Shown: piece after piece, positions 34,520-35,785 of the stretch
How the letters are laid out: every line of letters starts with the position of its first letter
Position numbering within the stretch: position 1 is the first letter of the stretch
DNA from: Octopus bimaculoides
Taxonomy: Eukaryota
Assembly: GCF_001194135.2 (NCBI RefSeq)
Contig: NC_068983.1
Location: forward strand, 22,511,931 to 22,547,715
Direction: 5' to 3'
Length of the DNA: 35,785 nucleotides
The notes under the pieces: model-generated
Seen by the model: only the letters and a program-made list of their open reading frames with translations
What the model was told of the DNA's origin: nothing
The model's database searches: none
Program-made: the position numbers and the translations under genes

Positions 34520-34960
34520 CTCCAGTCAAATGATGATCATTGTATAGCTGGACAGAGGATCCTACAAGGAAGATGTAGTTAGATATGTCCTCTACATCTC
34601 AAGCTAGTGCAGCTGGTGAGTGTGTAGAGTGGATTAAATGCTTCTGGTTGGACAGATGTTTCCTGTGAATGGAATTATATCTTACTGGGTGATTAAAAGG
34701 ACCTTCTGGTGACACTAAATGTTAAGGACACCCAGGTGCTAATGTGTTGGTAGAATGTGAGCCATGTCTCACAGTGATGCATAGTACAAGTACAGCTAGC
34801 CATAACTCTTGAGTGAACATGGTTTAGTACCATGTACCATGCTTTCACTAATTGTTTTAGCTGCCTATATTGTCACAAATAGCCATAAACACCTTCTTAG
34901 CCTTGATCCAGCAGAACATCTATGATGTAACAACTGGAGGGGGAATACACCAGCATTTGG
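34520..34960 (-). mobile_element. Decayed RTE LINE C-terminal fragment
   Basis: Minus strand ...TGTGAGACATGG (CETW) after an LLY-like segment, then a decayed FHxRCL-like region; multiple stops. Confidence 0.55.
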
Positions 34961-35094
34961 CTGATATTCATTACAGCCAAATATACTGGACTCATGAAAT
35001 GCCATGCCCAAAAGCCCAACTCACTGCCCAGTCCAGGAATTGAATCCACAACCTTCAGATAATGAGCTCCAAACCTTTGCTACTAGGGCATGGA

Positions 35095-35600
35095 TCTCTC
35101 CTCACACCGATACAGAACAGTAGAATCATAAACTGCTTGATAGATGAAGACTACAGACACTGAAATGGTTGTTCAGATTTAGAATAACTACTTTTCTTAA
35201 ATCTTCCAACAGATGCAGAATCCTGTTTGAGGCAGTTTTGAATTTACTTCATCCATTGGAAATGATGTTGCCTCGATATCTGAATTGGGACAGTGTAGTT
35301 AGTTGTTGCCTGAAAACTGGGGTAGTATGTAATTAACAGATGATGCCAATTTCTGAGCATTATGTGCCAGGCCCTTCTTCTATAAGCATTAAGTGTCAAG
35401 TCCTTCTATGATGGTCCATAGGGCTTCTGGAATATGAGTTAACAGATTACAGTCATCAGCACAACAAACTGTTCAGCTCTGAAGTTGGTGAAGAGCATGT
35501 AACATTCTCATGTTGAAAAGTTTCCTACTAAACCAGAAGTTAAAACTGACTTCTGCCCTGCTTACCATAATTTTGCATAAACAGTATGGTCACATGAAAT
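35095..35600 (-). mobile_element. Decayed RTE LINE reverse-transcriptase fragment
   Basis: Minus-strand pieces in RT order: LFNMRMLH, CADDCNLLTHIPEAL (YADD motif), QFRYRGNIISNG (FxYLGS), IYQAVYDSTVLYRCE (LLYGCE). Confidence 0.8.
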
Positions 35601-35723
35601 TTCACTCACAAATTATTAATCAAAGTAGGGCCATTGATGAAGAAAGTTGCCTAAGGTACCAAGGGGTGGAATTGAAAAAGGAATCTTATAGTTGCAAAGT
35701 GAAGTGAACTTGTTAATAACACA

Positions 35724-35727
<4 letters not shown>

Positions 35728-35785
<58 letters not shown>
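35728..35785. repeat. (CA)n microsatellite running off the window end
   Basis: Direct. Confidence 0.98.

Noticed and set aside
35213-35336. Plus-strand exon candidate CRILFEAVLNLLHPLEMMLPRYLNWDSVVSCCLKTG with a good acceptor
   Set aside because: It is the antisense shadow of the minus-strand RTE RT remnant (QFRYRGNIISNG region).
220-35707. Short ORFs of the supplied track as host genes
   Set aside because: Nearly all overlap SINEs, microsatellites or N gaps, or are antisense to TE remnants, and paralogous nonsense peptides recur (e.g. YQIHSQGFG). Only 1679-1918 (transposase) and 32277-32819 (RTE) are meaningful, and both are TE-derived.

Overview
AT-rich, repeat-dense animal genomic DNA with two N gaps. 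The SINE families look like octopus/coleoid cephalopod repeats (inference from motif memory, no database search). No host protein-coding gene can be named with confidence. Most of the window is tRNA-derived SINEs of at least four architectures, TTAA-flanked piggyBac-type MITEs, one decayed DD37D (maT) Tc1/mariner transposase remnant, several RTE and CR1/Jockey-like LINE remnants, and microsatellites. The main non-repeat signal is a CpG-retaining region (about 26.5-30.2 kb) with an ETS site and an E-box at 28864-28891 and strong minus-strand splice donors at 28846 and 28749, probably a promoter/first exon, so 1-28 kb may be intron. The most unusual structures are a 170-bp near-perfect hairpin (31941-32110), a fold-back duplication around a SINE tail (7803-8021), a SINE-RTE chimera (32117-32824), MITEs nested in their own internal TTAA, and a speculative spliced 56-aa transmembrane/CxxC microprotein (28855-28552). 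I found no clear evidence of a wholly new multi-gene system.
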